Source: Mobula hypostoma (lineage: Eukaryota). From it: 64,000 nt of DNA. Position 1 is the first letter of the stretch; each line of letters begins with the position of its first letter. The stretch lies in NCBI RefSeq assembly GCF_963921235.1, contig NC_086097.1:5270001-5334000 (forward strand), given 5' to 3'. The translations under genes and the position numbers were made by a program. Under the pieces are notes generated by a model, which did no database searches, was not told the origin of the DNA, and worked only from the letters and a program-made list of their open reading frames with translations. Shown here piece by piece: positions 49,671 through 62,420 of the stretch.

Positions 49671-51065
49671 AATAGTTCCACTTAATGTCAGAGAAATTTG
49701 CAATATTCAGTCTGAAATTCTTTTTCTTCACAGACATCCACGCAAACAGAAGAGCGCCCCGAAGTATGAGTGACAGTTAAACCCCAAAGCCCCCCATACT
49801 GCCCCTCCCATGCACAAGGAGCTGAAAACCAATGACCCTCCCCCAACCCCACCCACTTCTGTATAAAGCATCAGCACCCTCCACCCACCAAGCAAGCAAT
49901 AGCAGGGTTCCCACTGAGACCATGATCATTAGTAGAACAAACACAAATTGTTCACCCGACAATTCAACATGGCATTCTTCTGGGGTGCATCACAACTTGG
50001 TATGGAAGTTGTCCTGTCCAAGACCGGAAGAAGCTGCAGAAGATCGTGAACACAGCCCAGCACACCACAAAAAATAATCTTCCATCCTTGGACTCACTTT
50101 ACACCGCACGCTGTCGGAGCAGTGCTGCCAGAATAATCAAGGACATGACCCACCCAGCCAACATACTTTTTGTCCCTCTCCCCTCTGGGAGAGAGCTCAG
50201 GTGCTTGAAGACTCATACGGCCAGATTTGGGAACAGCTTCTTTCCAACTGTGATAAGACTGCTGAACGGATCCTGACCCGGATCTGGGCTGTATCCTCCA
50301 AATATCCGGACCTGCCTCTCGGTTTTTTTGCACTACCTTACTTTCCCTTTTCTATTTTCTATTTATGATTTATAATTTAAATTTTTAATATTTACTATTG
50401 ATTTGTACTCCAGGGAGCACGAAGAGCAGAATCAAATATCACTGTGATGATTGTACGTTCTAGTATCAATTGTTTGGTGACAATAAAGTATAAAGTGTAA
50501 ACATGGTACAGGCTCTCCCTCTCCCCAATAAAGGGGAAAAGAGGTTACCCCTTTCACAGCAAGAGGGGAGATGTAACAAAGCAGCTCACAGATCTACGGT
50601 GTTAAAAGTCTATCACACTGCTATTTTATCTGAATTCTGTGACCCAAGAATTGGCAACAATCTCTCACCCGCCAACGTGAGAGAGAGAAAGAAAGAGGGA
50701 GCACAACTCACCAAGTACAGAGCCTCTGATGGCCGATCCAATGTTCCGATCTCTCCCATGATGCCTCAGTCAGTGGCACCAATTTAAAATCAGCCCATCC
50801 ACAAGGCCGTGAAACCTAGGAACACTGAAGGTGCATTCATCTTCAAGGCCGCGTTCTTGGGATATCAAAAAGTAGTCGGCCATAAGCCCTCAGGAATAGG
50901 TCCCACCACCCCAAATAACCAAAATTTGAGTCTAACTCCAGGTTAGAGTCTTCAATAGAACACCACCCCGCTGAAAAGGAAAAGAAGAGACATTAAAGGT
51001 ATAAATTCAACTGTTTTTGTAGATGTTGCAATTTAGCACCAGCATGACTTCACCTCTGCCAACGT
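49671..51065 (-). mobile_element. Non-autonomous SINE-like element hosting a Rex1 fragment
   Basis: Left end is the reverse complement of a gaatttcagactg..tctctgacattaa tail (compare 52340-52440). Confidence 0.5.
49973..50499 (+). mobile_element. Rex1-type 3' fragment with TSD
   Basis: GCITTWYG..RKKLQKIV..HPANILFVPLPSGR..RFGNSFFP; TSD AACATGG at 49966-49972 and 50500-50506. Confidence 0.88.
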
Positions 51066-51097
51066 CTTGTCCATTCTGATATTTGGTCTGAACATAA

Positions 51098-51205
51098 CAG
51101 TGCCGATAAAAAGTATTCATTCCACCCCCCCATGGAAGTTTTCATGCTTTATTATGTTACAATATTGAATCACAGTGGATTTTATTTGACTTTTAACATT
51201 GTAAA
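51098..51205 (+). mobile_element. Isolated left TIR of the Tc1 family seen at 20558-21902
   Basis: cagtgccgataaaaagtattca..ggaagttttcatg..ttgaatcacagtggattt. Confidence 0.8.
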
Positions 51206-51340
51206 TCAATGAGTTGATTGTTATATCTCCTCTCTCGCTGTGAAACGAGCACCTCTTTTTCCCTTATTAGGGAGAGAGGGAGCCTGTGGTATGACGAATT
51301 ACAGGGTGAACGAGTAGTCTTTGGGGTACTGCATCTCTGT

Positions 51341-52173
51341 TCTTACGTACTCCATAACTGGGTTGCCAAACCAGCAGAAATGGACCACTTAGTTGGAGTC
51401 TGGTTTAACAGAAACTAATAAAGTTTTATTAAAGAAATAAGTAACACAGTACTCTAATCATAAGGATATAAATGCAACAGGTTAGCAATGATAAAACACA
51501 CTTGTACACAGAACTAGGGTAATAGGAATCAATCAAGCTCTACCGCAGTCTAGGGGTAAAATGATCAGTCTTAAGTGACGCAGAGTTCAGTTCAGCTTAG
51601 TACAGTTTGCAGTAATCGCTGTTGTGCCGTTGGAGAGAGAGAGAGAATGCAAATTTTGATTCAAACAGACCTTTGATGTTCTTCGCAGTTAGCTTTCGGG
51701 CGAACCCTTTTATGTCTTCTGTTGTCACCGACTGTGACCCCTCCATTCTGGATACGACCGTCCTTCCGCAGTGAACCAGGCACCCAGGCAAGGGCGGACA
51801 CACATACCAGTTTCCCGTCGATCGTACCTTTTCACCCTGTGTGTCTATGGTCGGTTCCCGTGATCAGACCTCCAAACTCCCACCAACTTATGGGGGAACA
51901 CCGCTCTTCCAGGGTCTCGTTATCTCGTGAACTCGTGGTTTGTGTCGTGCCTTAGCGAACCTGTTCTTTTTATCCCCCTGCTGGGGTATCGCCTGTCCAT
52001 CAAACTTCAAACAGTTCAGATTCAAAGCAACCGGTCTGTTAATATTCTGAAATGTGTTTCTTTCTTGTTAATCTCTCTCTTCTCTCTTATTAGCATTTTG
52101 AATGTTTCTCCATTGTCTCACTTATCTCTCTCTCATTAGCATCAATCTTCTGATAACTTGGTTTTTCGTCACA
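51341..52173 (-). mobile_element. Solo LTR, same family as 48674-49493, opposite orientation
   Basis: Reverse-complement homology along its full length; exact TSD CTGT (51337-51340, 52174-52177). Confidence 0.92.
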
Positions 52174-52439
52174 CTGTCTTTAATGATGCTTTTTTGCGTG
52201 CTCGGTGCAGGGTGCTGATGTTTTTTGGCTGGTGGAGGTGGCAATGGAGTTGTTGCCTTGCTGCTGCTTGTGTGTGGGAGGAAGAGTTAGGGGCTTTGGG
52301 GCTTTAATGTTTTAACTGTCATTCATTCTTTAGGGTACTTCTCTGTTTTCATGGATGTCTGCGAAGAAAAAGAATTTCAGGATGCATATTGTATACGTTT
52401 CTCTGATATTAAATGTACCTTTGAAACCTATTGAAAGTG

Positions 52440-53520
52440 AGTCCATTGGTTGTGGGAACATTTCAGCGATGGGGCAAGTGAAGTTGAGTGAGATGAATCC
52501 CCTTTGGTTGAAGAGCCTGATGATTGAGAGGGACTAACATTTCCTGAACCTGGTGGTGCAAGTCCTGGGGCTCTTGTACCTTTTTCCTGATGGAAGCAGT
52601 GAAAAGAGAGTTATGTCCTGGGTGGTGGGTGTCCCTGATGATAGATGCTGATTTCCTGCGACAACACTCTGTGTAGATGTGCCAAATGATGGGGAGGGCT
52701 TTACCCGTGATGGTCAGGGCCATATCCACTACTTTTTGTAGGATTTTCCATTCAAGAACATTGGTGTTTCCACACCAGGCTGTGATGCAACCAGTCAATA
52801 GACTCTCCACTACACATCTATAGAAATTTGTCAAAGTTTTAGATGGCACGCTCAACCTCCACAAACACCCAAGGAAGTAGAGGTGCTGTATGCTTTCTTC
52901 ATAATTACACTTACATGCTGGGCCCAGGACAGGTCCTTCGAAATAATAACATCCAGGGATCTAAAGTCGCAAATTCTCTCCATCTCTGATCCTCCAGTAA
53001 GGTCTGGTTCATGGACCTCTGATTTCCTTCACCTGAAGTCTATAATCAGCTCCTTACTCTTGCTGTCATTGAGTGAGTGAGAGGGTATTATTATGGCACC
53101 ACTCAGCCAGATTCTTAATCTCCTATGCTTTGATTCATCACCACTTTTGATTCTGTTTGACAGTGGTGTCACCAGCAAACTTGAATATGTCATTGAAGCT
53201 GTGATCAGCCTTATAGTCCTAAGTGTAAAGTGAGTCGAGCAAGAGATTAAACACGTAGCTTTGTGCTGCCCCACTGCTGATGGAGATTGGGACAGAGATG
53301 TTGCCAATCCAAACCGACTGGGGTCCGCAAGTGAGGAAATCAAGGATCCAATTGCACAAGCAGATACTGAAGCCAACGGCTCGAAACTTATCGATTGCTT
53401 TTGAGGAGATGGTATTATTGAATGCCAAGCTGCAGTTGATAAATATCATCCTGATATATGTGGATTTGCTGTCTAGATTCCAGGGTTGAGTGAAGAGGCA
53501 ATGAGGTGGCACCTGCTGTG
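52440..53520 (-). mobile_element. Rex1/Babar fragment
   Basis: YIRMIFINCSLAFN; CNWILDFLTCGPQSV; SKELIIDFR; KTLTNFYRCVVESLLTGCITAW. Confidence 0.88.
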
Positions 53521-53924
53521 GATGGTAGGCAAGTTCAAGTGGATCTGTGAGTGGTATCAGGTGATTGTCAGCAGGGGTTTCTTTTAAAATCTTAAAAAGC
53601 CACTTTCTGACAGGGGTTCAGATGACCCAAGAGCAGAGGGCCAGTCGCAGGCATGGAGTGAACAGTTCACTGGCTTTTAATAAGATCTGCAGAGAACAAA
53701 AGAAAATAATGAACACTAGTCCAACAGGGCCGCTAACTAAAAACTTCCAGACGAACTAAAAACTAACTCAGTCACTGCGGCTTGAGAGCAATATCCTAAT
53801 ACAAAATTAACACCACTGCTTTAACAGCGTCTATCTAGATCATTGACCTTCTTTCCTGAATGTGGACTAAGGGAAGCGTGAAGTATTGTCATTGCCGTGT
53901 TTTGATCAGGACTGAAAGAAAATC

Positions 53925-54810
53925 AAATTGGATTGAATTGACATACATGAGGAGTAAAAATCTCTACATTACATCTCCGTCTAAATGTGCAATGTTCAGT
54001 CATAGTAACTTATAATAATTTATAATAAATAGAACATCAATGTAACATAGAAATACACTCAAATCAGCATGAGTTCGTCAGTCTGATGGCCTGGTGGAAG
54101 AAGCTGTCCCAGAGACTGTTGGTCCTGGCTTTTATGTAGTGGTACAGTTTCCCAGATGGCAGCAGCTGGAATAGATTGTGGTGGGGTGACTCAGGTCCAC
54201 AATGATCCTTTGGGCCCTTTTTTCACACCTGTCTTTGTAAATGTCCTGAATCATGGGAAGCTCACAACTACAGATGCGCTGGGCTGTCCGCACCACTCTC
54301 TGCAGAGTCCTGCGATTAAGGGAAGTACAGTTCCCATACCAGGCAATGATGCAGCCAGTCAAGATGCTTTCAATTATACCCCTGTAGAAAGCTCTTAGGA
54401 CTTGGGGGCTCATAGCAAACTTCTTCAACTGTTTGAGGTGAAAGAGGCGCTGTTGTGCCTTTTTCACCACACAGCTGGTGTATACAGACCACGTGAGGTT
54501 CTCAGTGATGTGGATATGAAGGAACTTAAAGCTGTTTACCCTGTCAACCCCAGATCCATTAATGTCCATCTCCATTCCTCCTGTAATCCACAATCAGTTC
54601 CTTTGTTTTTGCAACATTGAGGGAGAGGTTGTTTTCTTGATATCACTGTGTCCTTGTAGGCCACCTCGTTATTGTTGGAGATTAGGCCAATCAATGTCGT
54701 GCCATCAGCAAATTTAATTAGCAGATTGGAGCTGTGGGTGGCGACACAGTCATGGGTATACAGGGGGTAAAGGAGGGGATTTAGTACAGAGCCCTGAGGG
54801 GATCCAGAGG
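53925..54810 (-). mobile_element. Rex1/Babar 3' fragment
   Basis: KFADGTT; FKFLHIHITENLTW; KKAQQRLFHL; IESILTGCIIAWYGN. Confidence 0.9.
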
Positions 54811-55529
54811 CTGATCATCTTCACCCACTAACTCCACCACAACTTTATTATTTCCTGTCAGTCACCTTATGTGCAGCCCAACATCACTTTATGGACATAC
54901 AGTCAATCTATATATGTAAGAAATCTTATGTTTTATATTTATTGTGTGTTTTTATTATTATTATCTGTTCTTTATCTTTTGTTGTTTTTTTTTGTGCTGC
55001 ATCACATCTGGAGTAACAATTATTTAATTCTCTTTACACTCGTGTACAGGAGATAACATTAAACAATCTTGAATTTTGAATCTGATGAACCTCTTCTTAA
55101 CCCTCTCCAAAACCTCGTGTCCTTCCTTAATGTAACAACCCAAATGCACACAGTCGTCTGAATGTGGTCGAACCAAAACTTTTATGCAACTGACTTCCTG
55201 ACTTTTGTACTCAACACCCAAATGTTCGATCCATATCCCTCTATACCTTTCTAATCTAAGCACCAGTCCAAAAGCCTTTCAGATATTGTAATTGTACTTA
55301 ATTAGGCAGATTGTTCCTGATATTACCACTTTGCAGTAAAGATACACCAGAAACATCCTGGTGAATCTCTTCTGCTCTTTCTTTATTACTATCACACCCT
55401 TCTTTATTGTGGCAAAAAAAATGCTCACAATACTCTTCAGTGTAACCAATATTAATCTGGTATTTGTATCCATTTAGATAAACTTTAGAACAATAGTTTA
55501 TTTCATTGATGCTTTGCAGCATCCATCAT

Positions 55530-56430
55530 CAGGAACTGCCACCAACCAGGACATGCTGTCACGTCACTGCTGCCATCAGAAAACATAGAAAATAGGTGCA
55601 GGAGTAGGCCATTCGGCCCTTCGAGCCTGCACTGCCATTCAGTATGATCATGGCTGATCATCCAACTCAGAACCCTGCACCAGCCTTCCCTCCATACCCC
55701 CCGATCCCTTTAGCCACAAGAGCCATATCTAACTCCCTCTTAGATATAGCCAATGAACTGGCCTCAACTGTTTCCTGTGGCAGAGAATTCCACAGATTCA
55801 CCACTCTCTGTGTGAAGAAGTTTTTCCTAATCTCGGTCCTAAAAGGCTTCCCCTTTATCCTCAAACTGTGACCCCTCGTTCTGGACTTCCCCAACATCAG
55901 GAACAATCTTCCTGCATCTAGCCTGTCCAATCCCTTTAGGATTTTATACGTTTCAATCAGATCCCCCCTCAATCTTCTAAATTCCAATGAGTATAAGCCT
56001 AGTTCATCCAGTCTTTCATCATATGAAAGTCCAGCCATCCCAGGAATCAATCTGGTGAACAGAGGAGCCTCTGGTCTCACACTACCAAAGCAATCGTCAT
56101 CAGGCTCTTGAACCAGTGGGGATAACTCCACTTAACTTCACTTGACCCATCACTAAACTGTTCCCATCACCTATGGACTCAATCTTAAGGACTCTTCACC
56201 TTATATTCTCGATATTTAATGCGTATTTACAGTATCAATCACTTTTTTTGTATTTGCACAGTTTTATTATCTTTTGCACATTTTTGTCTGCGCTATTGGG
56301 TGCATACTTTCAATTATTCTATTATAGTTCTTAGATTTATTGAGTATACCCGCAAGAAAACAAATATCAGGGTTATATCTGGTTGACATAGAGATACTTT
56401 GATAATAAATTTACTTTGAACTTTGAACCT
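55530..56430 (+). mobile_element. Rex1-type 3' tail split by CR1
   Basis: ctgctgccatcag|...|aggagcct; ends ataataaatttactttgaactttgaac. Confidence 0.7.
55579..56060 (-). mobile_element. CR1 3' fragment (young subfamily)
   Basis: Nearly identical to 14510-15320 and 45900-46390. Confidence 0.93.
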
Positions 56431-56559
56431 TAGGATCTGGGTGTAAACTGACTTCCACATCTATCAGCAAATCACCATTGCCTACCAAGACAGCTTGGAT
56501 GTGCCTTAGATTGTCCCAAAGCCATACTAGAAACAAAATCAATTATTGCTTGCTTACGG

Positions 56560-56945
56560 TTGCAGAAGATGGTAATCTCAGCCAGCTCCATGGTGGACAC
56601 TTGTCTCTGCAGCATCTTCAAAAGGCGATGCCTCAGAAAGGTGACATCCATCACTAAGCACTCCTGTCACTCAGGACATGTCCTCTTGTTACTACTATCA
56701 AGCAGGAGATCCAGGAGTATGAAGACACACACTCAATGTTTCATCACAGCTTCTTCCCCTCCGTCACCAGATTTCTGAATGGACAATGAACCCATCTACA
56801 CTACATCTTCGTTTTTTGCTCCCTTTTTGCACAACCATTTAATTAATTTATGTCTCTAATTATTTGTAGTTTTTTAAAAATACTGCCGCAAAACAACAAA
56901 TCTCACACCCTATGCCAATGATATTAAACCTGAAACTGAATCTGA
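56560..56945 (+). mobile_element. Rex1-type 3' fragment
   Basis: FKRRCLRKVTSITK..HSGH; atattaaacctgaaactga tail. Confidence 0.7.
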
Positions 56946-57283
56946 TCCCACAAAGTGTCTGTGACGCTAAGCCACAAAATCTATTTCTGAAAAATGTTTA
57001 AAATCTTTCTTAATAAATTGCAGATACTTTGCACACCAGACCCACTTTAAAAGAATGAAAACTACGCTACTCTTTGTATCTATATGTAGAAGAACATGAA
57101 CAGAATTGTATGGGTTAATTTATTACTAATGAGCAGATGGAATAAGATCCATGTACATTTAATTCAACATTCATATTTGACTCTAATCTATCATCCTTCT
57201 TGCCCTCTCCTGTGTGTATTGTTCTCTGATCTATTGAGAGAAAAATGGAAGGATATGGACATTGAGTAGGCAGAAGAGATTAC

Positions 57284-57484
57284 GCAAACACGAGGAATTC
57301 TGCAGATGCTGGAAATTCAAGCAACGCACATCAAAGTTGCTGGTGGAACGCAGCAGGCCAGGCAGCATCTCTAGGAAGAGGTACAGTTGCATTTCAGGCA
57401 ACGACGAAGGGTCTCGGCCCGAAACGTTGACTGTACCTCTTCCTAGAGATGCTGCCTAGCCTGCTGCGTTCACCAGCAACTTTG
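57284..57484. mobile_element. Penelope-like inverted pLTR (hairpin) insertion with hammerhead remnant
   Basis: Inverted repeat 57332-57387 / 57430-57484; TSD AGAAGAGATTAC at 57272-57283 and 57485-57496; gacgaagggtctcggcccgaaacgt. Confidence 0.85.
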
Positions 57485-58387
57485 AGAAGAGATTACAGTG
57501 GTTTTGTTGACTATTTGATTGGTTCGCAACAACATTGCAGACCAAAGGGTCTGTTCCTGTTTCTGTATGGTTCTACATTCTACAATCTATGCTCGAGAAA
57601 TCCCTTTGATTTTGGATCTCTCTTATTCGTTGTACTACAGAGGTTGAAATCTCTCTTCAGCACCTTGCCTTTCTTGCTCTGGGCCTAAGATATGAAGGAT
57701 GGATGTAATAGCATTATAGGATTCTCAGAGCTAATTACTAGGCTCCAAACCTTGTCTTTAATGATGAGGGCAAGCAGAATAATAATATATTTATTGATAT
57801 CTATCACTCTTTGATTATCTTTTATTGGGGTTGCTATCATGCAAGGCGGCTTGTAGTTTCACGATTCCGTGGCAGAAAATTCAGCATTGCCGTGTGCTGT
57901 ACCTTTAGTTCATATTCGAGATTCAGGATTGTTTAGTCCCATTTCCAGAACACAAATGTAAAGGAGAATGAAATAATTGTTACTCCAGGTCTGATCCCAT
58001 GCAAAAAAACACAATAATTAAAAAAAATATAAATACATAAGGTAGCTTATGTACATAGATAGATTGTCCAAGAAGTGAGACTAGGCACAGGAGTATCTGT
58101 ACATAAGGTGACTCTACAGGAAATGATAAAGTAGTGGTGGTTTGGGGTGGGTTACTGGGTGGAGGTGTTGATCAGTCTTGCTGCTTGGGGAAAGTAACTA
58201 TTATTGAGTCTGGTGGATCAGGTGTGAACGCTACGAAGCCTCTGTGGAGATATAGCCAATCAATAACCTATTTGGTGAGATATTTTTCCTTATTATGCTT
58301 CATTCTGTTGCAGTGTCAATGGAGTGGAATAACCAGTCAAAGTTTTGGCCAATGATACTTTATATAGTGTAACAGAAGATGGGAACA

Positions 58388-58748
58388 ACTGTGGTCTGAG
58401 AGTGGGAAGGGCTCAGGGAGAAGGGAATCATGGTTGGGAAAAGGACGAGGGAGAGGGAGGGGAGGGGGAAGCACCTGAGAAACTCCATAATGATCAATAA
58501 ACCAATTGTTTGGGATCAAATGACGTTGCCTGATGTCTCAGTGTTGGGTGTGTCTGCACCAATGGCACCCTCCACTCCTTCTCTGCCACCTGTCCCACCC
58601 CACTCCCAGTGCACTCCACCCTCACCATTCCCAACATCTTTTGCTGCTGCTAGATTTACAAACTCGCCGTCTGCTCCACGTTGACAAATACAGTGTGCGA
58701 AAAGTCCTTGGCACGCAAGCTATAAATCTGTGCCTAAGACAGTACTGT
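58388..58748 (-). mobile_element. Partial reverse copy of the composite MITE at 61249-61761
   Basis: Core homology (gagagtgggaaggg..tgatcaataaaccaattgttt..gtctgcacc..gttgacaa) plus terminal hairpin. Confidence 0.75.
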
Positions 58749-59929
58749 AACTTGCTGACTTATAACAAAGCTTATCCTTATTCTTAGATTCTAGGATTCT
58801 TACTTATGGTTCTTATTAAATCTCCTTAGTTTTTATGATATATCACCTGATCTTTAATTTTACCAATGCATGACTGGACTTAGTATTCATCTATTATTAA
58901 AAAGAATGGAAAAAAATCTATTATAAGCACCTTGAAATTGATGTATTTTAAGCATATGACCCAGAATGAAATACACTAACAAGGATTTACAAATTTACAT
59001 AAGTAGTCTCTCTGAATAAAATGAGAGTGGTTAAAGAAGGGTTTTATTTTCTCAGTCTGGAGGATAGACATGAAAATGTTTACTTCTAAATAGAACCATA
59101 ATTCACTTTAGGTTAATACTGTACAACATGAAGGCCATAATCCAATTGTGGGGTCTATAACTGGATTATTTATGTGAATCTTAGTGTAAATTTGAATTAT
59201 TCAGAAGATCTGGTCTGTTTGTAATCCCGGTAGAATGTATTTGCAAGATTTTCTTTTTTTATTCACTTGAGTTAGTCCTCAGTGCGGTCGACTGGCAATG
59301 GAGAAGTGGACAATTTAGGAGCATCTGCCAAATAAGTAACTATATTCAGTCTTATGGTGACTAATAGGGTCATTTTAGCTTGGAGTAATTTTTATTTCCA
59401 CTCTAGTCAATAGAAATATAGAGTGGAAGAGTTGCATAATGGACATCTGATTCACCACTACCCATTTCATACCACTATCTAAAGTAAACACATACATATT
59501 ACATTTCATATGGGAGTTTAAACTGACAAATTGCAATTTCGCTTATGGCCTTTGATCCTGTGTGTTTCAAGTTCAAGTTTATTGTCATCTGATTGTACAT
59601 CTATAACTAAATATAACAATGTTCCTTCAGACCACAGTGTGTCACACAGTACATATGTCACACAAAATTAGGCCTTTCGTTCCTTGGGGCCGACAATGGA
59701 TGTTGTTAGAGAAGAGCAGTCAGTCGATAATAGAAGGCCTGTATTATAACAGGTAGGGACATGTTTGGCACAACTTTGTGGGCCGAAGGGCCTGTATTGT
59801 GCTGTAGGTTTTCTATGTTTCTATGATATGCAAGCAGTTCACACGGCAGGGTAGTACGATATGGAGAGCGAGCTGTTGCCCATGTCGCAGGCTCCCCCTC
59901 TCCGCTCAGCTGATGAATCCAAAGGAACA

Positions 59930-60355
59930 TCTCCTGCCTTTTCTCTGTGATGTTTCAAACCCTTACTAATCAAGAGCCTATAAAATTCAACGTTAGGTAT
60001 ACTCAGTGTCTTGGCTTCCACAGCTATCAGTAGCAATGAATTCTATAGATTCACCACTCCTGTTCCAAATGGACATCCCTCTATTTTGAAATGGTGCCCC
60101 TTGGTCCTAGACTCCCCCACTATAGGGAACATCCTCTCAACATCCACTCTATTGAGGCAGTTCAACATTCGATAGGTTTCAATGAGATCCCCCTCATTCT
60201 TCTAAACTCCATTGAGTACAGGTTCGGAACCATCAAATGCTCCTCATATGTTAATCCTTTCACTCCCTGAATCAGTCTCGTGAAATTCCTCTGGACCTTC
60301 TCCACTGGCAGTACATCTTTTCTGCTCACAATACTCCAGATACAGTCTGATCAAC
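59930..60355 (-). mobile_element. CR1 3' fragment
   Basis: gaattctatagattcaccactc; gtttcaatgagatcccc; ctcacaatactccag. Confidence 0.85.
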
Positions 60356-60356
60356 G

Positions 60357-60480
60357 CCAGTCAATGTTTTGGGCTGAGGCCCGTCATCAGGCCCTGACTG
60401 TTGACTGTTAATTCCCCTCCATAGATGCTGGCGTCTGACGTGCTGAGTTCCTCCAGCATTGTGTGTTGCTCAGAATCTCC
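60357..60480. mobile_element. Degenerate Penelope-like terminal fragment
   Basis: Minus strand ctgatgacgggcctcagcccaaaacattgactg; plus strand gatgctg..tgctgagttcctccagcatt. Confidence 0.65.
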
Positions 60481-60714
60481 AAAGCACGATCTCCCATTTC
60501 TTATTTTGATGAAATTTCAATTTCAGGGTTAACAGTGTATTTGAGGATGAAAGCGAAGCAGAATAGAAAGTTACAGTCAAGTTAAGAACAGGGCAGAAAA
60601 GCTAAGCCATCGGACAATTAATGATCTCGGAGATTTGGAGAAAGCTGAGGATACAACCTACGAGTAGAAGAAATGTAGGGAAACTGGAATACCAATACCC
60701 TTGAATGGATAATG

Positions 60715-61790
60715 TGATAAAAAGTAGTGGAAGCATCCCGGTCCAGCACAGGAGGGACCATATTCCTTCCCACCATTAAGGGCACCTAAATGCAGTGCTC
60801 TCACAGGAAAGCAGCATCCAGCATCCGCGATCCCCACCACTGAGTTCATGCTGTCTTCTCGCTGTTGCCAACAAGAAGGTACGGGCGCTTCGAGACTCAC
60901 ATTGCAAAGTTCAGGAACAGTTATTACCCCTCAACAGTCAGACTCTTGAACCAGAGAGGATAACTTCACTCTATTTCACTCACTCTATCATTGAGCTGTT
61001 CCCATAACCCATGGACTCACTTTCAAAGGCTATTTACCTCATTTTCTTGATATTCATTGCTTATTTTATGATAATGATTATTTTTTATTATTCTTTCTTT
61101 TTGTATTTGTACTCTTCATTGTCTTTTGCATATTGGTTGTTTGTCCATCCTGTTGGGGGCGGTCTTTCATTGATTCTATTGTGCTTCTTGTATTTACTAT
61201 GAATACCTGCAAGAAAATGAATCTCTGGGTTATATATGGTGACATATACAGTACTCTACAAAAGTCTTAGGTACACACATATAGCTAGGGTGCCTAAGAC
61301 TTTTGTACAGTACTCTACTTGTCAACATGGAGTGGAAAGCAAATTTGTAACTCTGGTAGGAACAAAGGATGTTGGGACTGGTAAAGGTGGAGTGTGGGAT
61401 AGGTGGCAGAGAAGGAGTGGGGTGGTACGGGTGCAGACGCACTCAGTCCCTGAGACACCAGGTAAGGTCATTTGATTGCAAACAACTGGTTTACTGATCA
61501 TTACAGAATTTCACTCTGGTGCTTCCTGCTCCTCCACTCATTTTCCTAACCAAGATTCCCCTCTCCCTGCCCCCTTCCCACTCTCAGTCCACAATAGAGA
61601 CCCATATCAGAATTTGGTTTACCATCACTCACATATGTCATGAAATTTGTTGTTTTTTGTGGCAGCAGTACAGTGCAACACATAAAATTACTACAGTACT
61701 GTGCAAAAGTCTTAGGCAATTTAGCTGTAAATATGTGCCTAAAACTTTTCACACAATACTGTATATACTTTGAACTTTGAACTTTGAATG
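60715..61790 (+). mobile_element. Rex1-type 3' fragment with a MITE inserted in its tail
   Basis: aaagcagcatcca..gttcaggaacagttattacccc; (tttgaac)n tail after the MITE. Confidence 0.75.
61249..61761. mobile_element. Composite Tc1-type MITE with a palindromic mini-element at each end
   Basis: TA flanks; hairpins 61249-61315 and 61694-61761 (CAGTACTGTGCAAAAGTCTTAGGCA...TGCCTAAGACTTTTG). Confidence 0.8.
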
Positions 61791-62159
61791 AGCAAGATTT
61801 TAAAGTCAAGGTGAATCCTATTGATAAATGAGGAAGAAGTTCAATTTTATACACGTGGATCAGGGAGAAATAAGCTACGTTATACTGAATAAAGCAGAGT
61901 TCAGTGGGGTTAACATGGTTGGAAATAGAATATGACAATTTAGCACAGAGCTATGTGATTCCAGCATTGAACAAGCTTATTTCTTCTGCAATAAGTGTGT
62001 TAGCTCTGGGTAGAGCAATCAGATTAAATACTGAATTACTGTCTTCTCACATTTTCTCATTTCCTCTACCTTAAGTATTTATCAATTTTCTTTTCTTTAA
62101 GAATGCCAAAAGAACAAATCTCATGTATTTTCTGCGTAGCTTAATTTTTTTTTTCAGTT

Positions 62160-62420
62160 AGAGATACAGCGTTCACTGATCAGCACTGCCCAGCAACCCA
62201 CCTGTTAACCCTAGCCTAATTACAGGATAATTTACAAAGACAAAGTAACCTATTAACCAGTACATCTTTGGACTGTGGGAGGAAAGTGGAGCACGCAGAC
62301 GAAACCCACATGCACACGAGATCAATGTAGAAACTTTCTTGTAGAGGACACCAGAACTGAACTCTGACACCCCGAGTGGTAATAGCATGGTGGTAACTGC
62401 TACACGACTGTGGTGCCCTA
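62160..62420 (-). mobile_element. HE1-type SINE
   Basis: ctttggactgtgggaggaaa..ggagcac..gaaacccac; gctacacgactgtggtgccc. Confidence 0.75.

Larger units (their letters stand above)
48445..51095. mobile_element. Second Tc1-derived non-autonomous element in three pieces (48445-48673, 49498-49670, 51066-51095)
   Basis: Colinear with 44750-45245 across the LTR and the 49671-51065 inserts. Confidence 0.7.

Noticed and set aside
48674..52173. Single element with long inverted terminal repeats (DIRS/Polinton-like)
   Set aside because: Each repeat has its own TSD and TG..CA-type ends, and the interior is made of unrelated repeats
53545..53915. Additional solo LTR
   Set aside because: LTR-like composition, but termini and TSD could not be defined
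59633..59670. V(D)J recombination signal-like CACAGTG...ACAAAATTA
   Set aside because: Spacer is 22 bp, the nonamer is poor, it lies in a repeat tail and no V/J segment is adjacent
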